From Octopus bimaculoides (lineage: Eukaryota): 35,239 nucleotides of DNA. The notes below the pieces were generated by a model that had not been told where the DNA came from, made no database searches, and was given only the letters and a program-made list of their open reading frames with translations. A program made the position numbers and the translations under genes. This document shows, in pieces, positions 1-11,515 of the stretch. Positions within the stretch are counted from its first letter, which is position 1; every line of letters starts with the position of its first letter. The stretch is from assembly GCF_001194135.2 (NCBI RefSeq), contig NC_068996.1:35116422-35151660 (forward strand), read 5' to 3'.

Positions 1-43
<43 letters not shown>

Positions 44-370
44 CTCCTCTTTCTGCGTATCCTTCCTCTTGATTCCCCCCTCCTATATAATCTCTATCCC
101 ATTTACTCATCCCATGTCCACACCTGCTATCCCCCCCCCAACTTTTTTTTGTTTCCTCCCAATATAAGTCAAAAAACAAGGTCTGGAAGACACAATGTGA
201 CAACACACCTTTGATGCAAGTCTGATGGAGTACCTCTCTAATGTCTAAAACTGCAAACATTACATAAATTTTCATTTTGAATTTTTGCATAAACAGGCGT
301 TGCAACAATTGTAATGAATCATTAAAAATATGTTAAAGAATTTAATTTTGTCTTCTTTTCATTGAATATA

Positions 371-532
371 TCATCATCATCATCATCATCGTTTAACGTC
401 CGCTTTCCATGCTAGCATGGGTTGGACGATTTGACTAAGGACTGGTGAAACCGGATGGCAACACCAGGCTCCAATCTAAATTTGGCAGAGTTTCTACAGC
501 TGGATGCCCTTCCTAACGCCAACCACTCAGAG
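371..532 (-). mobile_element. (GAT)n-tailed SINE/LINE 3' end (RTE-type tail)
   Basis: (CAT)n followed by GTTTAACGTCCGCTTTCCATGCTAGCATGGGTTGGACG...GCTGGATGCCCTTCCTAACGCCAACCAC; recurs at 4287, 9005/9317, 24661 and 30620. Confidence 0.85.
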
Positions 533-667
533 TATATATAAAATTATACAGACTTATAAAGAACATTGTATTAAAAAATATATTCAAAATAATATAGCAT
601 AAATATTAAAAATCATATAAGTTAATATAGTAAAAGTTAACATAAGAAATGACTACTTAATTTTGAG

Positions 668-719
668 GTGTGTGAGTGTGTGTATGTATGTATGTATGTA
701 TGTATATATATATATATAT

Positions 720-761
<42 letters not shown>
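668..761. repeat. Compound microsatellite (TG)n(TATG)n(TA)n(GATA)n
   Basis: Direct reading. Confidence 0.95.
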
Positions 762-762
<1 letters not shown>

Positions 763-1234
763 CATTGCCGTTTTATAGGTAGAGATATATATATAGGTAT
801 GTAGATAAATAGACAGACAGACATGTATGTTCACACAAATATACAGAAACACTGTAAAAAATAGCACTGATACACAAGAAAAATATTCACAAGAAAACAA
901 TGGCACAAACAAACATGAACCAATCTGACCCCTTTATGAATTGTAGATTAGAAATCAATTAGGTGCTGAAATTGATATTTTTTTCCAAGTGACAACTAAA
1001 GAAAGGATCAAAATTGTGTTCATTTCTTTTTTCCTTTTACTAGTTTAAAGTTTTTCCCTGTAAGTGCCCTTGCTTGATCTAGGTGATTTATTTTCAACTT
1101 CATATGTGTGCATGTGTGTGTATCTCACATACTGCATAGGTATCCCTTTGTCATATTCCCATGAATGTGTGTGTGTGTATATATCCCCCCTCACACAAAG
1201 TATAAGTGTCCATCATATTCCAAGGAATCTATGT

Positions 1235-1345
<111 letters not shown>

Positions 1346-1464
1346 AATGCATTCATTAGAATTCTTATAACTTCATGTAGTAGAAATACCTTAAAATCTA
1401 TGAGTGCTTCATAATTTATCCATCGTACCTGAAACTGTGATTGTTTCTGACAAGTTTAAGTAAA

Positions 1465-1740
1465 TGATGTTAAGCAACACGTTCTCTAAATGTTGTTTCA
1501 GCCAACATGATATCTAAAAAAGTGCAAGCAAAGTGTATGCAGATTGATGAGTCATCAAAGTTGATGACAAAATGATGACTGATTTAAATGATCAAAAAAG
1601 AATTAAATATAAGCACCATCTTTGCTTCTGCTGTATGGAAACTGATCTATGACAAAACACATTGCACGGAAAATACACACGCACACAAAAATCCATCAGT
1701 TCATGCTCCAGTGAGCTGATGGTTGCTATGTTGGCAATAC
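1465..1740 (+). mobile_element. Possible degraded hAT (Buster/Charlie) transposase relic
   Basis: Echoes LSNT (cf. LSNNT), QIDESS (cf. QLDEST) and ADG (cf. TDGA) in order, across frames. Confidence 0.2.
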
Positions 1741-1906
1741 TATGTTGCCGATATTTTGTTGTTAAGCTAAGATACTCATAGTGTTTATTGGTAGTTGTGA
1801 GGTATCATTAATTTATAATAATAGCTCCTAGTAGATTAATAAAGACAACAATTGTAAAAAAACAGAAACAAAATAAATTGATTGAAAAAATTAAATGTAC
1901 AAAGAA

Positions 1907-1986
1907 GCCTTGCTCTGTAACAATCATGTGGATTTGGGTTCAGTTCCACTGCATGACACCTTGAGTAAGTGTCTTCTACTATAGCA
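1907..1986 (+). mobile_element. SINE head fragment, same family
   Basis: GGGTTCAGTTCCACTGCATGACACCTTGAGTAAGTGTCTTCTACTATAGC matches 9968-10017. Confidence 0.7.
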
Positions 1987-2201
1987 GATTTGGTATACAA
2001 ACACACACATGTAGCTAATAGTGAGGGGTTATTAATCTGAGCAAAATACTTCATAAGCTCTCTGTTGGCACACCAGTCTAACAATATTAGTGAAGAACTA
2101 CAAGCATTTTTATGGCAGGGTCCAAGATTATGGTTCATCACAATTCTATTTTCTAAATCCATGGTTGGGCTCCAGTCAAACTGGTTTTTCACAGAGTGAT
2201 A

Positions 2202-3482
2202 TCTATATATATATATAAAATTGAGAATGTATGTTTCTGTGTGTGTGTGTGACTGTGTGAATCCCTAAAACTCCAGAACTACACAACCAATTTCATTCAA
2301 ATTTTACACATACCTTACCAGTTGAGTTTTAGTCAAAAAAATTTTTTAACTTCTTGCATACTTCCAGCTCACAGCAACATCATATCTCCTCCACTATTTA
2401 AGTATTACGTGTCAAAAGTGAAGCAAAAACACTCATGTCATTTGAACCGGAATCTCAAAAACATTATTATTAAATTTGCAACTTAGAATAAAAGAATAAA
2501 ATTATTATTTCATTCAAAAATTGATGAGCTTTGTTTTTAGTGATGACTTGAAATGGTAAATATTTTTTCTAACTATATTTGCTTAAAAAAACATACTTTT
2601 CTTTATATTAAGCAATTCATTATAATTACTTTTACGATGTGCCTAAATAAAAACCATCGTTATAGATCAACATTTCTCAACCTTTTTCGCGATCTGGCTT
2701 CCCTTGGACATTGAAAAAATTTATTTCGGCTCCCCTGTGTTGATGAAAAATTTAATCCAGCTTCCACTGTGTCTGAGATAGACTGGCCGGCCCATGACAA
2801 ATCTGACAAAAGGGGTGGCCCTCAGAACTACCAGCTCACAAACTGCATCTGAAAGTTGGCGCGCCAATCATGCTGCTAAGGAATATAGATGCTTCAATAA
2901 TGTGCAATGGTACGTGGATGATTATCAAAAAATTGTGCTCCCGAGTTCTGTAGGCAACAATCTTAAATGAACCAGCCGCTGGCTAAGACATACTTATAAC
3001 TCCCATGTCCCTTACCCACTCCAATACGACCTACAAGTTTAAACAGATGCAATTTCCCATCAAACTCTGCTTTCCCATGACAATCAACAAGGTGCAGGGA
3101 CAATCAGTGCAAGCGGTTGGTTTGAATCTGACAGAGCAACTATTCTCACATGCACAACTGTACGTTGGCTGTCCCCATGGTCTTTCTATTTGTGTATCCG
3201 AGGGAAGGACGAAGAATGTTGTCTACCAAGAGGCACTCCAATGATAACAACGGCAACTTCAACTGCTCCAATTTCAACTCCGCAATTTTTTCATCGTCCT
3301 GCCAGCCCACGTAAGTCCAGTCTTGCTTTTCTCTCCTTACTAACTCACCATGACATTCTTTTTTTTTCTACCAAGATCCGTCACCCAAACACCACTTCGT
3401 ATCCACTTCTTCCTCTTTTTTATGTCTTCGTTTCTCTTTTCGCGTTGTTCTCTGACCGGGTGAAATCAGGCTTAGCTGCTAG
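2202..3482 (+). mobile_element. Internally deleted Helitron (about 1.28 kb) retaining the helicase C-terminus
   Basis: 5' end A|TCTATATATATATATAAAA at 2202; 3' end CTAG|T at 3479-3482 preceded by a degenerate GC-rich hairpin (CCGGGTGAAATCAGG, 3456-3470); A^T target; PIF1-like helicase coding relic inside. Confidence 0.85.
2828..3244 (+). pseudogene. Helitron Rep/Helicase C-terminal PIF1-type helicase relic
   Basis: One frame reads LPAHKLHLKVGAPIMLLRNIDASIMCNGTWMIIKKLCSRVL*ATILNEPAAG*DILITPMSL...QFPIKLCFPMTINKVQGQSVQAVGLNLTEQLFSHAQLYVGC...RTKNVVYQEAL. This matches the Helitron helicase motifs LKVGAPIMLLRN, CNGTRL, QFP.RL.FAMTINKSQGQS, FSHGQLYVA and TKNVVY. Stops at 2951 and 2984. Confidence 0.92.
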
Positions 3483-4037
3483 TATACATATAAGACAAGG
3501 TATAAATAATGGGCATTACATATTTAGGGACTGCCAAGCCTTCAGCGCAGTCCAATGACTGAAACAAGTGAAGTATAACTGAATCATCAAATTGTGTTTT
3601 GATTCACGAAATTGATTTTTCCTGTCTTTACAAACTTCACTTCTTGGAATTTGGAAGCCAGTTAAAGTTAGTTCCAGACAGTTCTAGAGAAGATAATTGT
3701 CATTTTCATTGAGATGGCATGAAGGTGGGAGTGGGGGACGGGAGCTTCATGTAACGTCAATAATTGCTTCATTATTGCTTCAGTTATACATTGTTTTAAA
3801 TAACTGTAATGTAATTATATCATTTAATATTAAAAATTTGCATCCAACAGTTCCTCTAAATTTCAATATTCTCATCTTCCATTTGGCAATAGCAGCAGCT
3901 AAATCTCCCTCAAATACCCACCCAAACTACAATTTAAAAGAACAAAACAAAAACAGGAACACGGACAAGAGTGTTCTATGGTATATGGTCACAGATGGAA
4001 TGTCTGTGTTCCAGCTGAGGCCTGACCTGAAGTTTAA

Positions 4038-4255
4038 TGCTTTAACATTCAGATTATTCTGTTAATTGTAATACTTACTTATTCACAATGCTTTGATTTA
4101 ATCATATATTGTCTTGTTACTCTGAGATTTTGATAATGTGATTACAATTTTTAGAATGACATTGTAAAGTAGGTGTGAGAGGTCAGACCGGACTGATTTG
4201 AACATAAAACAGGTTGAATATTTTGTCCAGTTATGGCTGGTTTACATGTTAAAGG
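4038..4255 (+). mobile_element. TTAA-flanked piggyBac-type MITE, diverged copy
   Basis: TTAA at 4034-4037 and 4256-4259; degenerate TIRs; internal sequence homologous to 13832-14043 and 25692-25898. Confidence 0.75.
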
Positions 4256-4286
4256 TTAAACAACAACAATACATTGAAGGTAATTA

Positions 4287-4515
4287 TCATCACCATCATT
4301 TTAACATCCACTTTTCCATGCTTGCATGGGTTGGATGAAATTTGTCGAGGTGGGTTTTCTATGGTCATATACCCAAATTATTGCCAACCCTCACTGGTTT
4401 CTCAGTCAGGTAATATTTCCCCATGATCTGGCATGTTTTCATGGAAAATTGGAAATGATGGACACCACTTGCAAGATGATGACACTCACAACTATCACCT
4501 GATGTCAAGGCAGGG
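4287..4515 (-). mobile_element. Diverged (GAT)n-tailed element, related to 371-532
   Basis: CATCACCATCATTTTAACATCCACTTTTCCATGCTTGCATGGGTTGGATG. Confidence 0.7.
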
Positions 4516-4550
4516 ATACAGTAATGCACACACACACACACACACACAAC

Positions 4551-4703
4551 AAGCCTCATTTGGTTTCTGTCTACCAAATCCAGTCACAAGGCTTTGATTG
4601 TCCCATGGCTACAGAAGGAGACACCTGCCCAATGTGCCACACAGTGGAAATGTACCTGGAATAATGCAATTGGGAAGCAAGCTTCTTGCTATACAGCCAT
4701 GCC
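4551..4703 (-). mobile_element. 5' half of the same tRNA-derived SINE family
   Basis: TCTACCAAATCC...CAAGGCTTTG...AGACACCTGCCCAA...TACAGCC is the reverse complement of the 9920 head. Confidence 0.75.
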
Positions 4704-5843
4704 TGCCTCTATGTGAATATAAAACAACATGCATTGATAAGCTATTTTCAGACAACAGTAGCAGAATGGTTCAAAAGGATTCCATGGCTGACCATGCATC
4801 AGTTCACATACCAGTAATACTTCCCTATCTCATCATAGCAGGAAACATCAAGAATTCCAAAAAGTAAAATATATGGTAAGTTGGATGCTATGAGAAGACA
4901 TGGTTACCAGAAATATATCAAATCCCAAAACCCAGTCTTAAGAGAAACAGATATAATACTGGAAGCACCATAACATGATTGGATAAAGATACTGGTACCC
5001 AGAGTGCCACAAACATAGAAGGGCCACACCATGTTTAGGATCTACTGTACACAAAAAGGGATACAAATTTGAAAAATAATAAAATAGAATAAAATAATTT
5101 ATTTCTAACTTTTAATAAACTGTAATAAATATTTTATTTGTAACATTTGTAAGTTTTTGCTCCTAGTCAAAAAAATATGTAAAATTATACATGTAAGGGT
5201 ACTGAAATTTGGTCAGGGTACAAACAACACCAGGACTGGCACTTGTGTATGTGAGTGATATTCCATATCTATTATATTTAATTTGAAGGAGTCTCCCCTA
5301 GCAGCTGCAACTGCTAGAAATAACAGCAGCCAAATCTCACACCGTCTTTCTTGTAATTATCTCCCCTCTTCTAAGAGACAGTAGCTAATACTTGCTGCTA
5401 TGCTTTTGTTATTTTTCTCTAACTAAAAAGCAAATTTCAATTAAAAAAAGTGACCTATTAGATAATGTAGGCCTAAATAACCATAGGAAGACTGAATGGT
5501 CACTATAGGAATAACTTTTAGCTGTAAATCTGTTTGATTGGAGGTGACCTTATGCTAAACAACAAGAACAACTTACTTATTTTTCACCATCCATTTTAAA
5601 TATGTATTAAGCAACCACCATATATCATTCCCTGAACCTCAGATGCAGTTGGCCTAAATTTTTCTCATGTCTGTAAATGAAAACTAATCTATCCTTCCCT
5701 TTCTTATATAAATTTTAACCTGAAAAAATTTTTTATATTCGTGAAATTATCTCCCTTACCTTTAAGAGTTTTTAACATTTGCCACCAGGTTTGCTTTTCT
5801 TCTTTCAGTCAAGAGAAACTTCAAGAATTGTTAACTACATCAT

Positions 5844-5890
<47 letters not shown>

Positions 5891-6319
5891 CATAGGTTAT
5901 TTCCCTTGGATCGATTTAATTTATTTTAAGCAAATTAAAATGCACAAGGATTGTTACTCTGCTCTACAACTACTACTACTACTACCACCACCACCACTAC
6001 TACTATGGCATTCAGTACATCACGCCTTATCTTATTTTTGACATTTCTTCACTAATACATATATCTTATGTATTTAGTCAATTACTCATCCCTTATAGTA
6101 AGCCCTCAATTATCATGGGTAACCAATCAATCCTTGTTACCTACTCCTTCAATAAGCAAATAAAAAATATTCAAACAAAGGCAAAGACATGCCAAGACAG
6201 GCAAACAAGACATACATCACATGCTACTGAATATTGCACATGAAGGAATTAAAGAGGGACACTATATGCATATATACATATATATATATATCTGTATATA
6301 TATATATATATATATATAT

Positions 6320-6329
6320 NNNNNNNNNN
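6320..6329. other. Assembly gap (10 N) within a (TA)n microsatellite
   Basis: Run of Ns flanked by (TA)n on both sides. Confidence 0.99.
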
Positions 6330-6369
<40 letters not shown>

Positions 6370-6468
6370 AATAAAAAAAACAACAAAGAACAAATATATT
6401 AAAAAAACAACGCAAAGATGTGGTACATGTAAAGTATTAGCAGACGTTCAGGGAAGTAAAGAAAGATG

Positions 6469-6540
6469 GTAGTGGTTGGCCATCGGATGTGCACAACGAT
6501 CAACTAAGAGCCTTAGTTGAAGTTAAACTGTGCACAACTG
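6469..6540 (+). mobile_element. Isolated 72-bp mariner transposase fragment
   Basis: 68 of 72 bases identical to 19118-19189 by manual alignment. Confidence 0.9.
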
Positions 6541-7396
6541 AGACAGAGGAAAATCCAATAGAAGAGGAAGATAGAGGGAAAAAAAAAATCCTATTTCCCT
6601 TACATCAAAAACATTCATTAACAAAAGCTTAAATTGAATATTTCACCACACTATTTTTGCAGCTATTATCATTTTCTAATCTCAGGATTCTGAAGATAAT
6701 GGATTGGTGGTGTAGGCAGTGTAACTACAAATAACTTCTTTCACTTCATTTGACTAATAGAGGTGTGGTATGATCCCCAACTAATAAAGAGACATGTTTT
6801 AAATACTAATGGTACTTTTGACTCTTATATTAGGCTAATCAAAATTTATATCATAATTTTCTACCTTGTTATTGTCTCATGTCAGCCTTTGGTTCAAAAC
6901 CCGTCAAAGGAAATCAGATACAGATTCAAAATAGGCTGCAACTATTGTCTCACAGAATGAGGAAGCCGAGACAATGCATTTTCTCAAGTGGCTTAATGTT
7001 AGAGAAGAGAAAAAAAGCTCCTACCAGGAGTTGAAATTAAGATGAATTCATCCAGGAGCTTATTGCTTTCTGTACATAAGATGCTGTATGTCTGTTATAA
7101 TGGTTAGTTTCAATTTAGTATAAGGACAGGAAGTGAAATTTTATTCCAGGAAGTGAAATTTTATTAATTACATTACCCCAACCATTGCTCATATTACATT
7201 TACTTAGTGTGGAACAAAGGATATCTGATGATATTGGAACATGGAGAAAGGGATTAAAGAAAATACTGAAAAGACCAAATGCAAATTAGTTTCTATACTT
7301 ACATTATAAAAAAAAAACAAAAAAAAAAAAACACATTAACACAGGAAAAGTTGACAGGAGGTGAAGTAAAATAAGAGCAAAAAGAAAAGTCCATAC

Positions 7397-8117
7397 CTTT
7401 TTCTTTCTTTACTTTGTCTTCAGACTGATGGTCACTAGAACACTCTAGAGTTGAAGTGCTGCTAGCAACAGATTTAGAGGAATCTCGTCTAATCTTCAAA
7501 TTATTTGTCACTTTGTTAGTTGCTTTTAAAGATATTTTCTGTTTAGTAGACGTACTTGCAGTTGCAGAAAACAGCTTGCTTTTTACTTTGCTATAGTCGG
7601 GCTGAGGAATATGTGTAACTTTGGGTATTTCTTTCACAGGTTTCGGTTCCTTATTGACTGTTGGCTTTTGTTGCACATACGATCCAATTGTACTTTTCAC
7701 ATCAGATCTGGTTTTCAGTTTTATGCTATCTTTGTTGTTCTCAATTTTATTCATGATTGTATCCCATTTGCTCTTAGGTCTTTCCCTTTTTATTTTTGGT
7801 ACCTCAGGTACTGCAGCTGTTTTTGGTGAATCAGCTTTTCGTTCAGCAGATCTACTTAACAAGTCCCTTGTCCGAGTTGCTTTCACTTTATTTGCTGCAT
7901 TTTTGGTAGATTTTTCTGTGGAACTGGCCCTTCTTTCCACTTTATTTTCTGCTATTTTATTCACCTCTTTGGTAGCAGAAACTTTTACACTGCTCTCACA
8001 CTCAACGTCAATTTTTTCCACAGTCTCAGCTTCCTTGCCCTTTTCTGATAGATTAAGTTCCTTTTCTTTATTTCCTGGAATAATATCTTCATTACGCTGG
8101 CACTCTTCAATTTTAAC
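7397..8117 (-). CDS. Large coding exon (721 bp, phase 0 in, phase 1 out) of a host gene encoding a Lys/Ser/Glu-rich, probably disordered protein segment; weak resemblance to microtubule-associated MTUS/toucan-type proteins
   Basis: Stop-free minus-strand frame VKIEECQRNEDIIPGNKEKELNLSEKGKEAETVEKIDVECES...SSDHQSEDKVKKEK, extending ORF-track 7299..8021 by 32 codons. Acceptor TTCATCTACAG ends at 8118; donor AAG|GTATGG starts at 7396. Composition drops to T-rich intron-like sequence right after the donor. The family guess rests only on the short motifs KSKWDTIMNKI and PQPDYSKVKSKL. Confidence 0.85.
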
Positions 8118-8227
8118 CTGTAGATGAATTCAATAGTAATTATACAGTGATACAGATAGTAATTATGAGAGAAAATATAATAATAATAATTGTAATCAAA
8201 ACATTTTACTATAAAGATAATAGTAAC

Positions 8228-8332
8228 CCATCCATCTTCTGCATCCACTATTCCAGGGGTGGGAGTGAGTGGGTTATGGGTAAAAGTCCTCAAGCACTTC
8301 CTCTTTAGAGCCTCATCAGAAGCAACTACCAT
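8228..8332 (-). CDS. Possible upstream start exon (MVVASDEALKRKCLRTFTHNPLTPTPGIVDAEDGW) joined in phase 0 to the 7397-8117 exon across a 110-bp intron
   Basis: GC-balanced block between AT-rich flanks; ATG at 8332 opens 35 codons ending at TGG|GTTACT, which is in phase with the downstream exon. The donor is weak. A candidate upstream acceptor TGTTTGTTTCAAG lies near 8460. Confidence 0.35.
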
Positions 8333-9004
8333 TACATTTTCTGAGTGGATTCCCAAGCACAATCAACTAAGGTTACTATCCAACTATCTCAGTTTTGACC
8401 TATCCCTAGATTTTCAGCTGGATAGCTCAGCTTGAAGAATCCCTCCTGCAGTTCTTTCTTGAAACAAACAAATCACATGTCCATAGTACCAGGGACGTGA
8501 CCTCTTCATAAGTAGAAGTAGTAATTAGAAAAAAAATAAAAATAAAATAAAACCTTCATTTTTGGTTTCATTAAAAGACAAGAAGAAAATGAGCCAAGTA
8601 GTTAAGATTAATTAACTTAGCAGAACCCATTCCTGTCTAATAAATATTATCACCACTGTTTTACATGTGTTTTCTTTGGTGGTTAAGGGTTAGACAGGAC
8701 ACCAAAGTTGAAGGCAGTATCCAAAGTATTTTGGAACTACTATCACCAAAATGGATTGGAAGATCATGTATTGCTTGTGAGTTTCATTTTTGGTTTAGTA
8801 TCTTTGGCTGGATGCCCCTCCTGACACCAACCACTTGTATTGCATGCACTTTCTCATGGCACCAGCAACCTCCTCCATACTTTTACAGGTTTAGTTGGCA
8901 TTCTGCCTGTCCTTCTCCACCAAGGTGACCCATTATTGATATCCTCTACACTTTCCTACCTCCAACCATATCCACAAATATAGATACTCTCTCACACACA
9001 CACT

Positions 9005-9500
9005 CATCATCATCATCATCCTTTAACACAGTGGCTCCCAAACTTTTTCAAGCTGCAGCCCCCTTGGTTCTAAGGCCACATTACCAGTGCCCCTCCCCAC
9101 TCACCGTCACAGACAGACTATTTTCTGCAACAAATTCAAAACAGTATTTCACAAATAAAATTTAACCTAATTAACCCTTTATTAATTTTTTTTTTACATC
9201 CATTACCCTGTTTTGGTTACCCCATTATTACCCCATTTTTCTTCAATGCCCCAACCCTGGATCTTTCCATGGCCCCAGAGGGGAGGGAGTGGTATCACCT
9301 ACTTTGGGAACCACTGCTTTAACATCTGTTTTCCATGCTGGCATGGGTTGGATGGTTTGACTAGAGCTGCACCAGGTTCCAGTTTGATTTGATCTCCTTA
9401 ACACCAACTACTTTACAGCATGATGGCTGTATTTTATTTGGTACCGGCACGGGTGTTTTTTACGTGGTACCAGCTCAGGTGCTTTTTTTCTGTGGAGCTC
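9005..9500 (-). mobile_element. (GAT)n-tailed element split by the 9029-9316 hAT MITE
   Basis: (CAT)n CTTTAACA [MITE] CTTTAACA TCTGTTTTCCATGCTGGCATGGGTTGGATGG rejoins cleanly when the MITE and one TSD are removed. Confidence 0.85.
9029..9316. mobile_element. hAT (Charlie-type) MITE, 288 bp
   Basis: TIRs CAGTGGCTCCCAAA and TTTGGGAACCACTG; perfect 8-bp TSD CTTTAACA at 9021-9028 and 9317-9324. Confidence 0.93.
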
Positions 9501-9577
9501 TTGCAGGCCAGTCCTGTTCAGCAAGGGGAGTGGCATTAATACTTCTGTGGAGGATGGGTCTTCTTGAGTATGTACAC

Positions 9578-9622
<45 letters not shown>

Positions 9623-9919
9623 GAGATACTATTGACAATCCAATAATTCATTTATATTATAATATTCCAAGATATACTATGAATATAACATAACATAACA
9701 GAAACAATTATTAAAAATCCATAAAAGGCCAACAATTTGTTTTGACATATATATTTTTTCTGATATACATATATAATAAGAGTTCTTTATATATAAAGTC
9801 ACTTCAGGATCATGGTTATAGACGAAATTCCATGTGACAGGACGGCTGGATTGGATGTTCAAAACACCCCTTTGAAGGATTTCTTTTCCTCAGTTTGTTC
9901 CTTTATGTATATATAGGCA

Positions 9920-10310
9920 CAGGAATGGCTGTGTGGTAAGTAGCTTGCTTACCAACCACATAGTTCTGGGTTCAGTCCCACTGTGTGGCACCTGTGGCAA
10001 GTGTCTTCTACTATAGCCTCGGGCCGACCAAAGCTTTGTGAGTGGATTTGGTAGACGGAAACTGAAAGAAGCCCATTGTATATATATGTATATATACTTA
10101 TGTGTGTGTCTTTGTGTTTGTCCCCCCAACATCGCTTGACAACTGATGCTGGTGTTTAGGTCCCCGTAACTTAGCAGTTCGGCAAAAGAGACCGACAGAA
10201 TAAGTACTAGGCTTACAAAGAATAAGTCCTGGGGTCGATTTGTTCATCTAAAGGCGGTGCTCCAGCATGGCCGCAGTCAAATGACTGAAACAAGTAAAAG
10301 AGTAAAGAGA
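9920..10310 (+). mobile_element. Full-length tRNA-derived SINE (octopus-type)
   Basis: Pol III A-box-like TGGCTGTGTGGT (9926-9937) and B-box-like GTTCAGTCC (9970-9978); internal (TA/TG)n; 3' body ...GCAGTCAAATGACTGAAACAAGTAAAAGA; homologous to 25109-25447 and 28044-28425. Confidence 0.9.
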
Positions 10311-10338
10311 GTATATATATATATATATATATATATAT

Positions 10339-11463
10339 TGATACGGACGCCGATAAACAAACAAAATAACGTTAGGTCCTTATTCCCCGAGCTGGGTTTG
10401 AAACCGTATTCTGGTTGTTGAGGACAATGGTATTTCCTTTGTCCTGTCAACAAGTACAGTTATTTTTAGCGTAGGAGTGATCGCTGACCCTTTCCGGTCA
10501 CTGAAAGTTGAGAAAAACAAGTTAGGAACTGTACTAAACTGACCCAGCTTTGGAGGTGGGTAAGGTAGCACTGTTGAGCTATGGTATTTGTGATAAATAC
10601 GGTAGGATAGTTGGCGTGAGCGGCTGGCCAGAGCAGTTGGCGTGAGCGGTTGGCCAGTGCAGTTGGCATCGGGCAGTTGGCAAAAACAAAATCAGTGGAT
10701 GAAGAACGTGAGTTCGGTGTGAAGGCCAGCAGCCAGTGAAGAACAAATGTTTGACGGCCAGCAAGATGAACAGAGAGACTGACAGAAAGAGGCTGAGAAA
10801 GAGAGAGACTATGGCCAGAAGGTACCAGTCAGCAGAAATGGATAGAGTCTAAGATAGAGAGGGACAGAGAGATGGAACTGTTGTCACAGGCAAAAAGATT
10901 GTAGTTAGTCACTTCTTGTGGATTGTAGTGGGAGCTTTGAAGGAAAGGAAATTCTTGCGGTGAAGGTTTGTTTAAATATTCTTTAAAGAGAGAACTTTGT
11001 TGTTACATGTTTTAAAAGAAAAAGAGATTTTGTTAACTGGTGGAAAAGAAAAGAAAAGAACTTTGTTGTGACATGTTGTTCAAAGAAAAGAAAAACAAAG
11101 AAGTAAAAGAATTTTTAATTGACTTGATATACGAACTGTGATTGTAAACTTTTGATTATGCAATGTTCTGAAACTTTGATTATGTTAAATGTTTGGAGAC
11201 TGTTGTTGCATGCGCTATTGTTACATGTTATTGAATTGTTATGCAATGTTTTGTATTGATGATGTAGTTTTGCTAAGAGAAAAAAAAGTTAGTTTCACTA
11301 CGTAACGCATGGTCTCTGTGTTATTTTTTCCTCCTTTTGCCTGTTGTCGTCGTTATGTGCTCTGTCTGGGCTTAGTCGTGGCGAACATCCTAACTCACTG
11401 AGCGTCGACGTTCGCGCGAGTTTTCTCTTCGTTGAGGTGCTTCACGTGCGGGCATTCGTAACA
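10339..11463. mobile_element. Solo LTR (1125 bp), Gypsy/BEL-like termini
   Basis: Termini TGATACG...CGTAACA (TG...CA inverted ends, one mismatch in 7); ATAT on both flanks inside a (TA)n tract; CpG-rich relative to surroundings; no internal retroelement ORF. The TSD is weak evidence because the target is a microsatellite. Confidence 0.7.
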
Positions 11464-11515
11464 ATATATATACATATTTATTTATTCAAACATGAACTGT
11501 AAGCAGCTCAAGGTA

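Noticed and set aside
4740-5070. Possible retroelement coding relic
   Set aside because: No motif could be matched consistently in any frame.
5577-5800. Candidate downstream exons of the minus-strand gene (acceptor near 5676, donors near 5576 and 5759)
   Set aside because: The phase-1 reading from the 5676 acceptor stops after five codons, one donor lies in a repeat tail, and the alternative 43-bp exon has a poor acceptor.
7621-8127. 168-aa hydrophobic plus-strand ORF that looks like a membrane protein (also 7611..7829)
   Set aside because: It is the antisense shadow of the Lys/Glu-rich exon: AAA/GAA codons read as F/L/S on the other strand. No independent support.
8290-8325. Minus-strand CTGATGAGGCTCTAAAGAGGAAG resembling a hammerhead ribozyme core
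   Set aside because: It lacks the required GAAA after stem II, and I see no supporting stems I and III.
9920-9990. tRNA gene
   Set aside because: A/B-box-like motifs are present, but the sequence continues into a multi-copy SINE body and I could not draw a cloverleaf.
10609-10680. Short repeats with CRISPR-like appearance
   Set aside because: Contiguous tandem units without unique spacers, inside a eukaryotic LTR; no cas genes.
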